DNA of 63,865 bases from Octopus sinensis. Taxonomy: Eukaryota. Location: assembly GCF_006345805.1 (NCBI RefSeq), contig NW_021831841.1, forward strand, positions 1 through 63,865, written 5' to 3'. Positions 25,707 to 39,628 of the stretch are shown here, in pieces. The notes under the pieces are model-generated. The model saw only the letters and a list, made by a program, of their open reading frames with translations. It had not been told where the DNA came from and did no database searches. Within the stretch, counting starts at the first letter, position 1. Every line of letters begins with the position of its first letter. Position numbers and translations under genes: made by a program.

Positions 25707-25797
<91 letters not shown>

Positions 25798-26373
25798 ATA
25801 GGTGTTTATATATGTGTGTTTATATATGTATTAATATATTTGTCTGTGTTTTATACCTATATACCTATCAGTTAGTGTGTGTATCTATATTCTACACATA
25901 TGTTTCGGTACACACACACAGACACTCTCTCGTACACACACACATTCTCTCTCTCTCTCTCTCTCTCACTCTCTCTCTCTCACACACACACACAACCAGT
26001 AACAAGGATGTCGAGGTATTAATGCATTACGGCCGTTTCAAGCGGCTACATTTAATCGAACAATGAAAACATCACATCAATTTGAAAGACACCGCTCTCT
26101 TCAGACGCAGACAACAATATCGCTTCCCAATATAACGGATAAACCATTTTTTTAGCACAATTTACATCACTACTCGAAAACAAAACACTTAAATTGTTTC
26201 TCTATGTTTGTGGCAAAATGAACCTAGGGACAAACCTTAAAGCCTACTATAATTTAAAGTGTAGCAAAGAGGAATAGTAGGGATCAAGAAAAAGAAATGG
26301 TGAGATAGTTAATTTAAAATCGATTGCCAAGCAATGGTGGTAGTGGTGGGGACAAACACAGACATACAAACAC

Positions 26374-26422
<49 letters not shown>

Positions 26423-27149
26423 CATATACATATATACATATATACAACGGGCTTCTCTCAGTTTCTGTCTACCAAATCCACTCACAAGGCTTTGGTCGGC
26501 CGAGGTTATAGTAGAAGACACTTGCCCATGGTGCCGCGCAGTGGTACTGAACCCGGAACCATGTGGCTGGTAAGCAAGCTACTTACCACACACCCACGCC
26601 CGAATACTTTTTATATATCTTGTATATTTGTACTTATTTCCTTATATTTTAAATGCATTATATTCCAGATTAACTTATCCTAAAAACGTATCACATTTTT
26701 ATGATTTTTATCTGTTATACCTTTTACGTCATTCTGTAAAGAAATATTCTAAACATTTTTTATAAAATTTTAATTTATTTTATATTTTATATTATTAAAT
26801 TTATGGATATATATATACCTTTATATACCCTCTTATACATTTGTGTAGCTTCTATAGCTAATAAAGAGTTTATAATTTCTCTTCATAAAACTTACTGTAT
26901 AATACAATATAATATTTTATATTCATAATTACACCTTATATTTTATAAATTTCTTTATATCTATATTTGATATTTTTATACATTTGTATTTCCTTTCATA
27001 TACTTTCCTAGTATTTGTAATTTATAAATAATTTGTATATGTATGTCTGTCTCCTTGTGTGTGCATGCCTGAGTGTGTGTTTTTCAACTATGTACTGTGA
27101 TTGTATGTATGGATGTGCATCTCCATATGTGTGGACATGTGTCTCCATA

Positions 27150-27312
27150 GGCGCAGGAGTGGCTGTGTGGTAAGTAGCTTGCTAACCAACCACATGGTTC
27201 CGGGTTCAGTCTCACTGCGTGGCATCTTGGGCAAGTGTCTTCTGCTATAGCCCCGGGCCGACCAATGCCTTGTGAGTGGATTTGGTAGACGGAAACTGAA
27301 AGAAGCCTGTCG

Positions 27313-27345
<33 letters not shown>

Positions 27346-27570
27346 GTGTGTGTGTGTGTTTGTCCCCCCAATATCGCTTGACAACCGATGCTGGTGTGTT
27401 TACGTCCCCGTCACTTAGCGGTTCGGCAAAAGAGACCGATAGAATAAGTACTGGGCTTACAGAGAATAAGTCCCGGGGTCGAGTTGCTCGATTAAAGGCG
27501 GTGCTCCAGCATGGCCGCAGTCAAATGACTGAAACAAGTAAAAGAGTAAAAGAGTAAAAGAATAAAAGAG
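27150..27570 (+). mobile_element. SINE-A
   Basis: Collinear with 1406-1822. Confidence 0.9.
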
Positions 27571-27736
27571 TATATATGTCTTTGTGTGAAGTAAAGTGTA
27601 TGTGCATATATATGGTCATGTGTTTCAGTCTTCATTTGTGTATGTCTGCGTATGTGTGATTGTTCATATAACTTATGTACCTATCCGTCTGTATGTTGAT
27701 CTGTTTACTTTCATATCCATATGCTTATATACATGT

Positions 27737-27779
<43 letters not shown>

Positions 27780-27860
27780 TATATATATACACACACACAC
27801 ACGCATACATATATATACACACACACATATATATATATAGGGAGAGTTTATGAAAAAAAT

Positions 27861-28254
27861 AAAAGACGAAGACAGGTGGTGTACAAAACAAACAGATGTA
27901 TTAGTATAACGTTCAGGAATAGAAAAAGTTCTTTACGTTTCGAGCCTACGCTCTTCTACAGAAAGGGACTCAGAAAAAATAAAGCAAGGAGAGTGGCTAA
28001 CGATCTATCATGGCGACTATATATATATATACATACACACACATACATACATACATCTATCTGCATAACGTCCCGCTAACTATTCTATCGGTCGCTAACT
28101 ATTCATTCGCCATGATAGATCGCTAGCCACTACACATTCTTTATTTTCTCTCCTTGTTTCTTTCTGTGTTCCTTTCTGTGGAAGAGCTTTTTCACTTCCC
28201 GAGCGTTAGACTAATACATCTGTTTGTTGTCTACACTACCTGTCTTCGTCTTTT
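27861..28254. mobile_element. Inverted pair (27861-28016 / 28107-28254) of a Penelope-like terminal repeat with a variant hammerhead-like core; third fragment near 31350-31420
   Basis: Arms are diverged reverse complements; minus strand of the left arm reads CTGTAGA-a-GAGC(gtag)GCTC-GAAA-CGTA. Confidence 0.6.
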
Positions 28255-28979
28255 GTTTTTTTTTCTGTGAATTCTCTCGCTAACTATTCTACTCTATCTA
28301 AGTTATAAATTACTAACTTACTTATCCTTCAATTTTAATTTCCACCCCTAAAGCTTATATTACTAATCGCTTTTGGTTTTTCATTATATTCCCCTTTATT
28401 TGATAAACTAAATAAGTATTGGCCACCCCTATCCTTTTTTCTTCCAGTTTCCACCCCTTCGCCATCAGAATTTTCTTACTACCAACCTTGCAACCTATCC
28501 TTTTATGGTTCCAGTACATTGGGAATCTAGTAGATTGTCTGACACTAATTGATTTATCACCATTAACTAGAATACTGTTGACAACTCCCAACGGATTTAA
28601 TTCTAAACGGTTGATGAGTACATACTACATAGAGTCTTCTAAATATAACTACGTGACCACTCCTTTTATCTTGACCTCCCCTACTATTTCCTCTGCTACT
28701 CTCTAAATTATACTAGCCTTAACAAGGTATCCATTATTTTCTAAACTCATTCTGCCACAGATAAAACGAAAGGAAACAATGTAAATTTGTTGAAAAATGG
28801 TTTATCCTTTATGTCTGAAGTGTATGCGGTCATCTGACGAGAGCGCTTTCATTCCTATTTCAACGCATTCATTGAGGTAGTGTTTTCCGTAACCAATTAA
28901 ATGGACCCGCTTAAAACGGCCGTAATGAATTGACACCTGTACATCTTTGTTACTTATTTATATTCTCTCTCTCTTTCTT

Positions 28980-29063
<84 letters not shown>

Positions 29064-29644
29064 CATATATACATGTATATAAATTAGAGAACAACCACTA
29101 TGAAGCAATTATACACTTAAATCATACCATATAGAAAAAATTAAAGATATGATAAAACATTTACCTAGAACTAAATAAAATACTAAATAATAAATAAATA
29201 GTATATATTTAGTAAATAGACTACATGTGCTTCGTGGCTATATTTTCAAACTGATAACAATAAAATCAATTCAATTTAAATATAGTCACTCATCAGGTCT
29301 AAGATAAAAAACAATAAAATAATTAAATAAATGTACGTATATTATCATATAAGAAAAGATAAATATATATAAAAATACGTAATTTTACAATAAAAAATCG
29401 AAAAATATCCAACAATATATTTTAAAATAAAAACATGACTTATTGAATATATTCTGCTAAATCTTTAAAATTAATACGTAGGACTTAGTGTTTATAATAA
29501 ATTTATCTCGTTAAAAACGTGGTGTAAATAAAGCTATAATAAATAGATAGAATTATTTATTTTATCTTATAGAAGAAAATAACAATCTATAGTATATCAT
29601 TACTAGAAAATTAAAGTAAAAGTAATTAAAACTATATATATATA

Positions 29645-29872
<228 letters not shown>

Positions 29873-30104
29873 GCACGCATATTTCCACATTAATGTTGAA
29901 CACTTAAATTCTTGAAAAACACGTAATTTCTGCCTCCGCTCCTATCCTGTATACAGCTCTAAGAAGTGATGCTTTGTAAAACTGATATGTTGACGTATGT
30001 CGGGGGAAATACTGAACGTATTTTAACTATTAGTATTATAGCTATAAGAGATCTTTCTGTATGTGCATGTGTGTGTGTATGTATTTGTGTTTGTGTATGA
30101 GTGA

Positions 30105-30159
<55 letters not shown>

Positions 30160-30789
30160 GATATGTAGTGTGTACTTGTGATTATTTTATGTACTTTTTG
30201 AAGAAGTAGGGAAAGCTATATATTATAAATAGTTCCTCATGAAATAAGCCACACCTTATCTTCATTAATCTGTAGCGATATCTCATCTGTTAATCTCTGA
30301 CCACATATGAAACAAAATGAAAAATAAATGGTGGAGACAACACGTACCAGAGGCGGAAAAAAGATACTGAAGTGGCTACTTGAACCTGGCATCTCAAAGG
30401 AGAGCCATCTGTAATGGGATCCTTGCTCTTTGCTAGGTCAATGGGGCAGGCGTCAATAAAGGCGTTTCCAGTAGCAATTAGTTCTCTATTTATGTCGTTG
30501 TCAGATTAAAAAAAAAAAAAAACACCATCGAATTGTTACTGATTCTTTGTTGTTGTCGTTGAGCCCCAGGTCGGACCTGACTGCATGCGTCTATGATCAA
30601 ACGCGTTCGAGACGACTATATCATCATTTTTATTTTATCATGCTCACTGCTCCCAAGGCAACATTATCTAACGTGTTTGCCTTCTTTTCTGACAAGGTAG
30701 GGTATGATTTTCTGGTTATATGTTTGGCTTTTATTATTAGCAAGTTCGATCGACTGCCTAGATGCTTCCTCGCTCATTCGAGTTAGAAT

Positions 30790-31240
30790 CGTGGCACTCC
30801 GTCGGTAACGACGACGAGGGTTCCGGTTGATCCGAATCAACGGAACAGCCTGCTCGTGAAATTAACGTGCAAGTGGCTGAGCACTCCACAGATATGTGTA
30901 CCCTTAACGTAGTTCTCGGGGAGATTCAGCATTACACAGAGTATGACAAGGCCGGCCCTTTGAAATACAGATACAACTCCGCAACGTGTACCCTTAACGT
31001 AGTTCTTGGGGAGATTCAGCGTGACACAGAGTGCGACAAGGCTGGTCCTTTGAAATACAGGTACAACAGAAACAGGAAGAAAGAGTGAGAGAAAGTTGTG
31101 ATGAAAGAGTACAGCAGGGTTCTCTACCACCCACTGCCGGAGCCTCGTGGAGCTTTAGGTGTTTTCGCTAAATAAACACTCGAAACCGCGATCCTACGAC
31201 CGCGAGTCCGCTGCCCTAACCATTGGTCCATTACGCCTGC
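30790..31240 (-). mobile_element. SINE-B with an internal tandem duplication
   Basis: Segment gtgtacccttaacgtag...tgaaatacag occurs twice. Confidence 0.85.
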
Positions 31241-32012
31241 ACTGAGTTGAAATAAAGGATAACAAATCGGTAGAAACGGCGGAATATCTGAAAAAGGCAT
31301 TTGAATATCTAAGGGGAGAATTCACAAAAAACAACAACAACAACAACAAAAGATGAAGACAGGTGGTGTAGACAACAAACAGATGTATTAATATAACGCT
31401 CGGGAATTGAAAAAGTCTTTAACGTGCAAGTGGCTGAGCACTCCACCGACTCTTGTACCCTTAACATAGTTCTCGGGGAGAATCAGCGTGACATAGAGTG
31501 TGACAAGGCTGGCCCTTTGAAATACAGGTAAAACAGAAACTAGAAGAAAGAGTGAGAGAAAGTTGTGTTGAAAGAGTACAGCAGGGTTCGCCATCACCCA
31601 CTTTTTTCAATATTTAGTTTGTTTTTTAGATTCTTTCTTTACAGTCAATTTCTTATGTACTAGCAATTCACTAGAGACAATCCAGTCAACATTACCCTCC
31701 AACTTACCAAAATCTTTCTTGTTCCCCACAGAACAGTGTGTTGTCACAGTGACTGATAGAAATAAAAAAAAAAAACATCAATCTCCGAAATCATTGTATC
31801 CTAGTTCTCACCCCATCACTGTTTAATACCACCACAGACTCTTGCTCGTCTTTAGTGGAGTTCACTCTATTGTGAGCATTTGAACAAATTTTGCGGATTA
31901 AAGACAACCCGTTAATCATAGTTTTTCGCCCCATTTTTCCTCCTCGTCTTGGAGACTCTGCAAATGGGTTGTTCTTCTGCCTAAATGTGAAACCATTATT
32001 ATTTTTATTGCA

Positions 32013-32590
32013 AAGGCGGTGAGCTGGCAGAATCGTCAGCACGCCGAGCAAAATGCTTAGCGGTGTTCCATCTGCCGCTATGCTCTGAGTTCAAATTCCG
32101 CCGAGATCGACTTTGCTTTTCATCCTTTCGGGGTCGATCAATTAAGTACCAGTTGCGTACTGGGTCAATGTAATCGACTTAATCCCTTCCTCAAAATTCG
32201 AGCCCTTGTGCTTCCAGTACAAGGGATTATTATTATTGTTAAGGTGGCATATTTCCCCTGTCGCTACGTGTTGAGTTCAAGTTCAGGCCGAGGTCGACTT
32301 TGCTTTTTGTCCTTTCGGGGTCGATAAATTAAGTACCAGTTGAGTAGTGGGGTCGATGTAATCACTCCATTTTTCAGGACTTGTGCCTATAGTAGAAAAG
32401 ATTATTGTTAAGGCGGCGAGCTGGCAGCGTCGGTAGCATGCCGGGTAAAACGCTGAGTGACATTTAGCCCGTCTTTACGTTCTGAGTTCAAATTCCGTTG
32501 AGATCGACTTTCCATTTCATCCTTTCGGAGTCGATAAAATAAGTACCAGTTGAGCGCTGGGGTTGATGTGATTGACTGTCTCCCTCGTTA
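32013..32590 (+). mobile_element. Three consecutive SINE-D copies
   Basis: Heads near 32013, 32250 (partial) and 32410. Confidence 0.85.
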
Positions 32591-32827
32591 ATTCATCTAC
32601 ATTAACCCTGTATTGTAAGGGGGAGTAAGTATGAAAAACGAAGTCCATTTTCTCCCCCTAAGTGTATTTAATTGGGTAAATGGAATGAATTGAGCTTCTT
32701 CTGAAATCAAAACATCTTTCTCTACATTGCCCACTACACAGTTGTAAAGCGGTTAAAGTAAATCTATATTCTATTTGTTGGTGTTACCGCTGTTTAGCCG
32801 CAATTCACCACTCGTTGAACAAATCCA

Positions 32828-33390
32828 TTGGGTTGTCCGGAAAGTTCGTACTGATTTATAGTAGCTTACATTTCGACTTATTTTAGAACATGGTTGAATC
32901 CATAAAATAGGATTTGACTACATCTCCATTTAGAGCACAGTTTAAGCTATCTTTTCGTGGAAGGTTTATGTTCCTATAACCTGTGTTAATTCTGTAACCC
33001 TTTAAAATGGAAGATAAGAAATTTCATTTCCTGCACTTGATGTTTTGGGAACCAGACAAAAATTGCTGCAGCTCTGCTGGGATGTGTCACCCCACCATCC
33101 ATATTCACCAGATATTGCTCTTTCGGATTTCCATTTATTCAGGTCTCTGCAGAATAGTCTTAATGGTAAAAATTTCAATTCCTTGGATGACGTAAAAAGA
33201 TTCCTTGAAGAATTCTTTGCCATGAAACCACCTCAATTCTGGGAAGAGGGTATTTTCAAGTTAAAGGGATGATGGAGACACATTGTGCAACAAAATGGTT
33301 CATATTTGGTTGATTAAAAATGTAATGGCAAGTATTTATTGGCCTTTTTCTTTCCTTTAAAAATCGGCACGAACTTTCCGGACAACCCAA
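32828..33390 (+). mobile_element. Internally deleted mariner (563 bp) with intact TIRs
   Basis: TIR TTGGGTTGTCCGGAAAGTTCGT, TA at the right flank; MEDKKFHFLHLM N-terminus joined to LLQLCWDVSPHHPYSPDIALSDFHLFRSLQNSL (YSPDL-type motif). Confidence 0.9.
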
Positions 33391-34147
33391 TATTATAAAA
33401 AAACGTATTTAAATTTTTTAATCTTTTGTCTTTCACTCGAATCAGTTATTAGACTGCGGACATGCTGGGGCACTACCCTGAAGAGTTTTAGTCGAACAAA
33501 TCGACTCTAGCACCCTGCTTTAAGTCTGGTATCGATCTCTTTTGACGAGCCGCAAAGTTACAGGGGATTTACACAAACAAACAGCGGTTGTAAAGCGGAG
33601 GTAGGACACGAACACAAGCACCCACCATACATGCATGTACTCACGCATGCACTCTCACACACATATTTACACAAATAACCACATATATATATAAATGTAT
33701 ATAATACATACATACATACATGAACACTCACACACATACGCACACGCACACACACACACACACGCACACGCATACACACATGACAGGCTGCTTTCTGTTT
33801 CTCCCTACTAAATCCGCTCACAGACCTTCGGTCGGTCCGAAGCTATAATAGAAGACACTTGCCTAAGGTGCTAAGCAGTGGGACCGAATCCGAAACCATG
33901 CCATTAGGTAGCATACTTGAAACCACACAGCCACGGCTGCATTTAAACGATTACATATATTCAGTCATTTTTCCAGAGAAGTGTATTCAAGTCATTCTTA
34001 TCATTTCAGAAACAGTAGGATTTGGTGTGAAAGTGATATGATTGTTATCTCTTGCGTTTCAGGCCACAGTGTGGAAACTACGTTATTGATTGGTTTTTAT
34101 ATTGTTGAAAAGTCACTATTAATAATTAACCAAAATTTAATTAGTAA

Positions 34148-34558
34148 GGCGTAGGAGTGGCTGTGTGGTAAGTAGCTTGCTTACCAACCACATGGTTCAG
34201 GATTCAGTCCCACAGCGTGGCACCTTGGGCCAGTGTCTTCTATTGTAGCCACGGGCCAACCAAAGCCTTGTGAGTGGATTTGGTAGACGGAAACTGAAAG
34301 AAGCCTGCCGTATATATGTATATGTATATATATGTGTGTGTGTGTATGTTTGTGTTTCTGTGTTTGTCCTCCCAGTATCGCTTGACAACCGATGGTGGTG
34401 TGTTTACGTCCCCATAACTTAGCGGTTCGGCAAGAGAGACCGATAGAATAAGTACTAGGCTTACAAAGAATAAGTCCTGGGGTCGATTTGCTCGGCTAAA
34501 GGCGGTGCTCCGGCATGGCTACAGTCAAATGACTGAAACAAGTAAAAGAAAGTAAAAG
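34148..34558 (+). mobile_element. SINE-A
   Basis: Collinear with 1406-1822. Confidence 0.9.
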
Positions 34559-34870
34559 CAAGATGTCTCCGAATAATTAACTTAAATGATAATGAAGGCG
34601 GCGAGCTGGCAAAATCGTTAGCACGTCGGGCAAAATGCTTAGTAGCGTTCCATCCGTCATTACATTCTGAGCTCAAATTCCGCTCAAGTCGACTTAGCCT
34701 TTAACCGTCCCGGAGTCGAGAAAATAAGTACCAGTTAAGCACTAGGATCAATTTACGCAAAACTTGCCCCACCGCCCTGAATGTTCTGGCCTTGTGCCAA
34801 AATTGGAAACCAGTATAAGCGACTTTTTTAAATGTGTTAATTTTCGAGCCATTGTACATGCACCATTATA

Positions 34871-35267
34871 TTGGGTTGTCCGGAAAGTTCGTGCCGATTT
34901 TTAAAGGAAAGAAAAAGGTCAATAAATACTTGCCATTACATTTTTAATCAACCAAATATGAACCCTTTTATTGCACAATGCGGCTCCATCTTTCCTTTAA
35001 CTTGAAAATAGCCTCTTCCCAGAATTGAGGTGGTTTCATGGCGAAGAATTCATCAAGGTGTCTTTTTACGTCATCCAAATAATTGAAATTTTTACCATTA
35101 AGACTTATTCTGCAGAGACCTGAATAAGCGGAAATCCGAAGGAACAATATCTGGTGAATGTGGAGGGTGGGGTAACACATCCCAGCCGAGCTGCAGCAAT
35201 TTTTGTTTGGTTCCAAAAGCATCAAGTACCGAAAATGAACTTTCTTATCTTTCATTTTAAAGGGTTA
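34871..35267 (-). mobile_element. Second copy of the same deleted mariner, truncated at its 5' side
   Basis: TA + TIR at 34869-34900; same internal deletion junction. Confidence 0.9.
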
Positions 35268-35284
35268 GGGTTAGGGTTATATAT

Positions 35285-35625
35285 ATTTCAGTCAACCAAA
35301 TCGACACCAGGACTTATTCTTTGGAAGCCTAGTAATTATTCTATCGGTCGCTTACGGGGACGTAAACACACCAGCATCGGTTGTCAAGCGATGTTGGTGG
35401 GGACAAACACAGACACACAAACACACATACATATATATATATATACATATACATATATACATATATACGACGGGCTTCTTTCCGTTTCCGTCTACAAATC
35501 CACTCACAAGGCTTTGGTCAACCCGAGGCTAAAGTAGAAGACACTTGCCGAAGATGCCACGCAATATGACTGAACCCGGAACCATGTGGTTGGTAAGCAA
35601 GCTACTTACCAGCCACTCCTGCGCC
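35285..35625 (-). mobile_element. SINE-A with a deletion in the tail
   Basis: Collinear with 1406-1822. Confidence 0.85.
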
Positions 35626-36025
35626 TATTATGATGATATCAGAATAAAAATCAATAGCCATTGTTCTAAAGTTATCTTTTCCTCATCGCATATTAGCTTC
35701 CTAAAGCTGCATGCATTCCGTTTAGTTTAAAGGAATGAGAAGTAGAGGGAAAGTTGCAATTCCGTTTTGTTTAAAGTTGTGAGTACTATAAAGAAAGTTG
35801 TAACCTGATTCTAAGCACGTTCTTCTTATATTTGCCTTTGGTCCCTGTATATTGTAAGCCGCCGCAATGCGAAACTGCTGGTAGTTTTCAATACAATAAT
35901 TATACAAAATTCCGATATGTTTTAATTTGGTATAGTGTTTTTAAAGCTGTAATTTCATACTCACATATACAACATACATTCACACATACGTACACACATA
36001 CATAAATACATACACGCACATACAA

Positions 36026-36057
<32 letters not shown>

Positions 36058-36141
36058 GTGCGTATGTATGTAATATATGTGATATATATGTATGTATATA
36101 CATATGTGTGTGTGCGTGTGTATATATATTTATATGTATAT

Positions 36142-36205
<64 letters not shown>

Positions 36206-36339
36206 ATATCTATCTATCTATACACATCCACACACACACATAGGCACAGATATATTTAAATAATATATATTATATATATATTATATATGTATGTACGTAT
36301 GTATGTATAGATATATATGCATACATACATATATATATA

Positions 36340-36385
<46 letters not shown>

Positions 36386-36432
36386 ATATATATATGTATA
36401 TATATGTTTATATATATGTATATACATATATG

Positions 36433-36465
<33 letters not shown>

Positions 36466-36594
36466 GTATATATATATGTATATACATATATGTATATATA
36501 TATGTATGTATATATATCTATATATATCTATATATATATGTATGTATATATGTATATATATGTATGTAAATATGTATATATATGCATATATCTG

Positions 36595-36659
<65 letters not shown>

Positions 36660-37097
36660 ACATAAATGTTTCATGCACTCATAAAAAGATACACCTTTCA
36701 AAGACTAACTTCGTTTAGTATGCGCTAGTTAAGCTCCTCATATATGACGTAAATAATACTTAACAATAATTAGAAAAAATGGTTGAATCTCCATTAGATG
36801 CTCATTTACTACCTGTTGGTGCAGCTATAAATACTCTACCCCTCGTAGTTGTTAAGCTCTGCAGTCTGCTATTTGCTGTCAGTGGAACTTTTAGTTAAAT
36901 TAAAGCCTGATTTAAATCGGCTTTCATCTTGGTATTCACTCTAGAATGCAATTTACCGAGCTATTGAACATCATTATGAAAGAAGGTCTTCAACCTGAAA
37001 AAAAAAAAACCGTGACGTGCTGCTGAGCTTCTGAGCTTCTGCGGTTTAATGCACTTTTAGGCACAGCCGTTTGTCGTTACTTCATAAAGCTATATTC

Positions 37098-37491
37098 TTT
37101 TCTACTCTAGGCACAAGGCCCGAAATTTTGGGGGAGGGGGCTAGTCGATTAGATCTACCCCAGTACGCAACTGGTACTTATTTAATCGACCCCGAAAAGA
37201 TGAAAGGCAAAGTCGAGCTCGGCGGAATTTGAACACAGAACGTAGCGGCAGACGAAATACCTATTTCTTTACTACCCACAAGGGCTAAACACAGAGAGGA
37301 CAAACAAGGACAGACAAACAGATTAAGTCGATTATATCGATCCCAGTGCGTAACTGGTACTTAATTTATCGACCCCGAAAGGATGAAAGGCAAAGTCGAC
37401 CTCGGCGGAATTTGAACTCACAACGTAGCAGCAGACGAAATACTTCTAAGAATTTCGCCCGGCGTGTTAACGTTTCTTCCAGCTCGCCGCC
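37098..37491 (-). mobile_element. Dimeric SINE-D with 17-bp TSD ttcataaagctatattc
   Basis: TSD at 37081-37097 and 37492-37508; core present twice. Confidence 0.9.
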
Positions 37492-37918
37492 TTCATAAAG
37501 CTATATTCGAAGGAATAATAACTCTTGTCCGAGACTCGTAGAGAATTCCAGATCCCTAGGAAACTTCAGGAATTGAATCTGAGTTAACCATTTAAAAATA
37601 CGCTCTAACTGCTTCAAGTTCCCGCTTTTATCAGCCGGTCAACGTCGTAGTAGCCCCACACAAGCTTTCCACTCCTAAATAATTAATTGCCCGTGGATAA
37701 TTCAGACCTAAATACGTGTTATACTCTTTTTTGAGATAGTAAGGTGTGACGTTTATGAGGATTTCTTTGCTATTTCCAGAATGTGGCAATGTAAAAGCGC
37801 CATCAAATCCAGGCAGATTTTTTGTGACACATATGGTCAGAGCTTGAAAGCGCTTGAAGCAAGATGACCTCCATATTTTTTCATAAACTTAACTTCAAGT
37901 TATCGAAAATGTGGAGTG

Positions 37919-38302
37919 GAAGCACTCCGTCGGTTACGACGATGAGGGTTCCGGTTGATCCGAATCAACGGAACAGCCTGCTCGTGAAATTAACGTGTAA
38001 GTGGCTGAGCACTCCACAGACACGTGCACCCTTAACGTAGTTCTCGGGGATATTCAGCGTGACACAGAGAGTGACAAGGCCGGCCCCTTGAAATACAGGT
38101 ACAACAGAAACAGGAAGTAAGAGTGAGAGAAAGTTGTGGTGAAAGAGTACAGCAGGGATCACCACCATCCCCTGCCGGAGCCTCGTGGAGCTTTAGGTGT
38201 TTTTTCGCTCAATAAACACTCACAACGCCCTGTCTGGGAATCGAAACCGCGATCCTATGACCGCGACTCCGCTGCCCTAACCACTGGGCCATTGCGCCTC
38301 CA
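37919..38302 (-). mobile_element. SINE-B
   Basis: Collinear with the other copies. Confidence 0.9.
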
Positions 38303-39628
38303 CTAGTTATCGAAAATAAAAGAAAGTAAAAGGCACAGAAATCACAATTTCCCTCTCCTTTACTTGTACGACTGTTTAGGCATAAGACATGACTTTCTTT
38401 GCAGTTTCGCCAACTTAACTTCACTTATCAGGATTGGTCGAGAAAAAAGACATAACAGAAGCAACAAAAGACAACTCTTGGCCATTACGATCAAAACGAG
38501 AATCACGTAACTGTGCTGGGGAACCACGTGTCAATTCCTAAACTTTACCTTTGGTAAGAGCTTGAAAGAAGATGACCTCTGCCCTGCTGATTTGTATTCG
38601 ACCATATAATATTATTGTTGTGGTTTAGTTCTAGATCAGCCCTTTTGGCGCAGATTTATGATCGGTAGAGTTATGATCGGTATTATCCTAGCTATGACAT
38701 TTCGCTTTTTCACATGTGTCAGAGACCCTGTAACTTATGTCTTTTTTTTTATCTTTATAAGACAGTAGCATTTGACTTACCTTTATCATTTACTTGTTTC
38801 AGTCATTGGTCTGCAGCCATGCTGGGGCACCGCCTTGATGACTTTAATCAAACGAAACGAGCCGAGGACTTATTTTAAAGTCTTGTATTTATTCTATCAG
38901 TCTCTTTCCACCAACCGCTAAGTTACATAGAGGTAAACTAACCAACGCCGGTTGTCAAACTGTAGTGGGGGTGGGGAACAAATACAAACAGAAAGATACA
39001 AATATAGACATGAATAAACGACGGGCTTCTTCACAGTTTCCGTTTATCAAATTCACTCATAAGACATTAGTGGGTCTGGGTCTATATTAGAAGATACTTT
39101 CTCAAGGTGTCGCACAGTGGGACCGAACCCGAGATCACGTAGTTGCTAAGTGAGCTTCTTAACCACACAAGGAGGACAAACAACCAGGAAGAAGCTTCTT
39201 CACTGGTTCAAGATGTACATAAACACATTTGAAATAAGCACTACCAAGCTAAGAAAGAAAAGCAAGCAAAAAATTCCAATTATTGTATGAGGAAGTCAGA
39301 AAATCTTTATACTATAAAATAACGAAATATATTAGGAGCGGTTTAAGGAATATTGCGTAAAATATGGATATTTCCGTTTCCTTTCCAGGTTTAGCAGAAG
39401 ACCAATTATTTGAATTCCAAATATTTTAAATATTAAGAATAATTATTATAATTAGATTTTGAGAAGTGCTGAAGTTTAGGCTTCACTTTTAAAATCTAGA
39501 AAAAATAAAACCGCAGGTTGTGTTGATTCTTTTACGATGAGTGACTGATAAGAGAAAATGAACTATAGTGAGTACCTTTCAATATGTAGATATATAGTTT
39601 CTAATTATGTTAGCTTAGTTTCACATTG

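Noticed and set aside
28830-28850. CTGACGA motif
   Set aside because: No stem II followed by GAAA.
36950-36990. Strong minus-strand acceptor (T)n-cag with a nearby gtaaat donor
   Set aside because: All three frames are closed; shows that such signals can arise by chance here.
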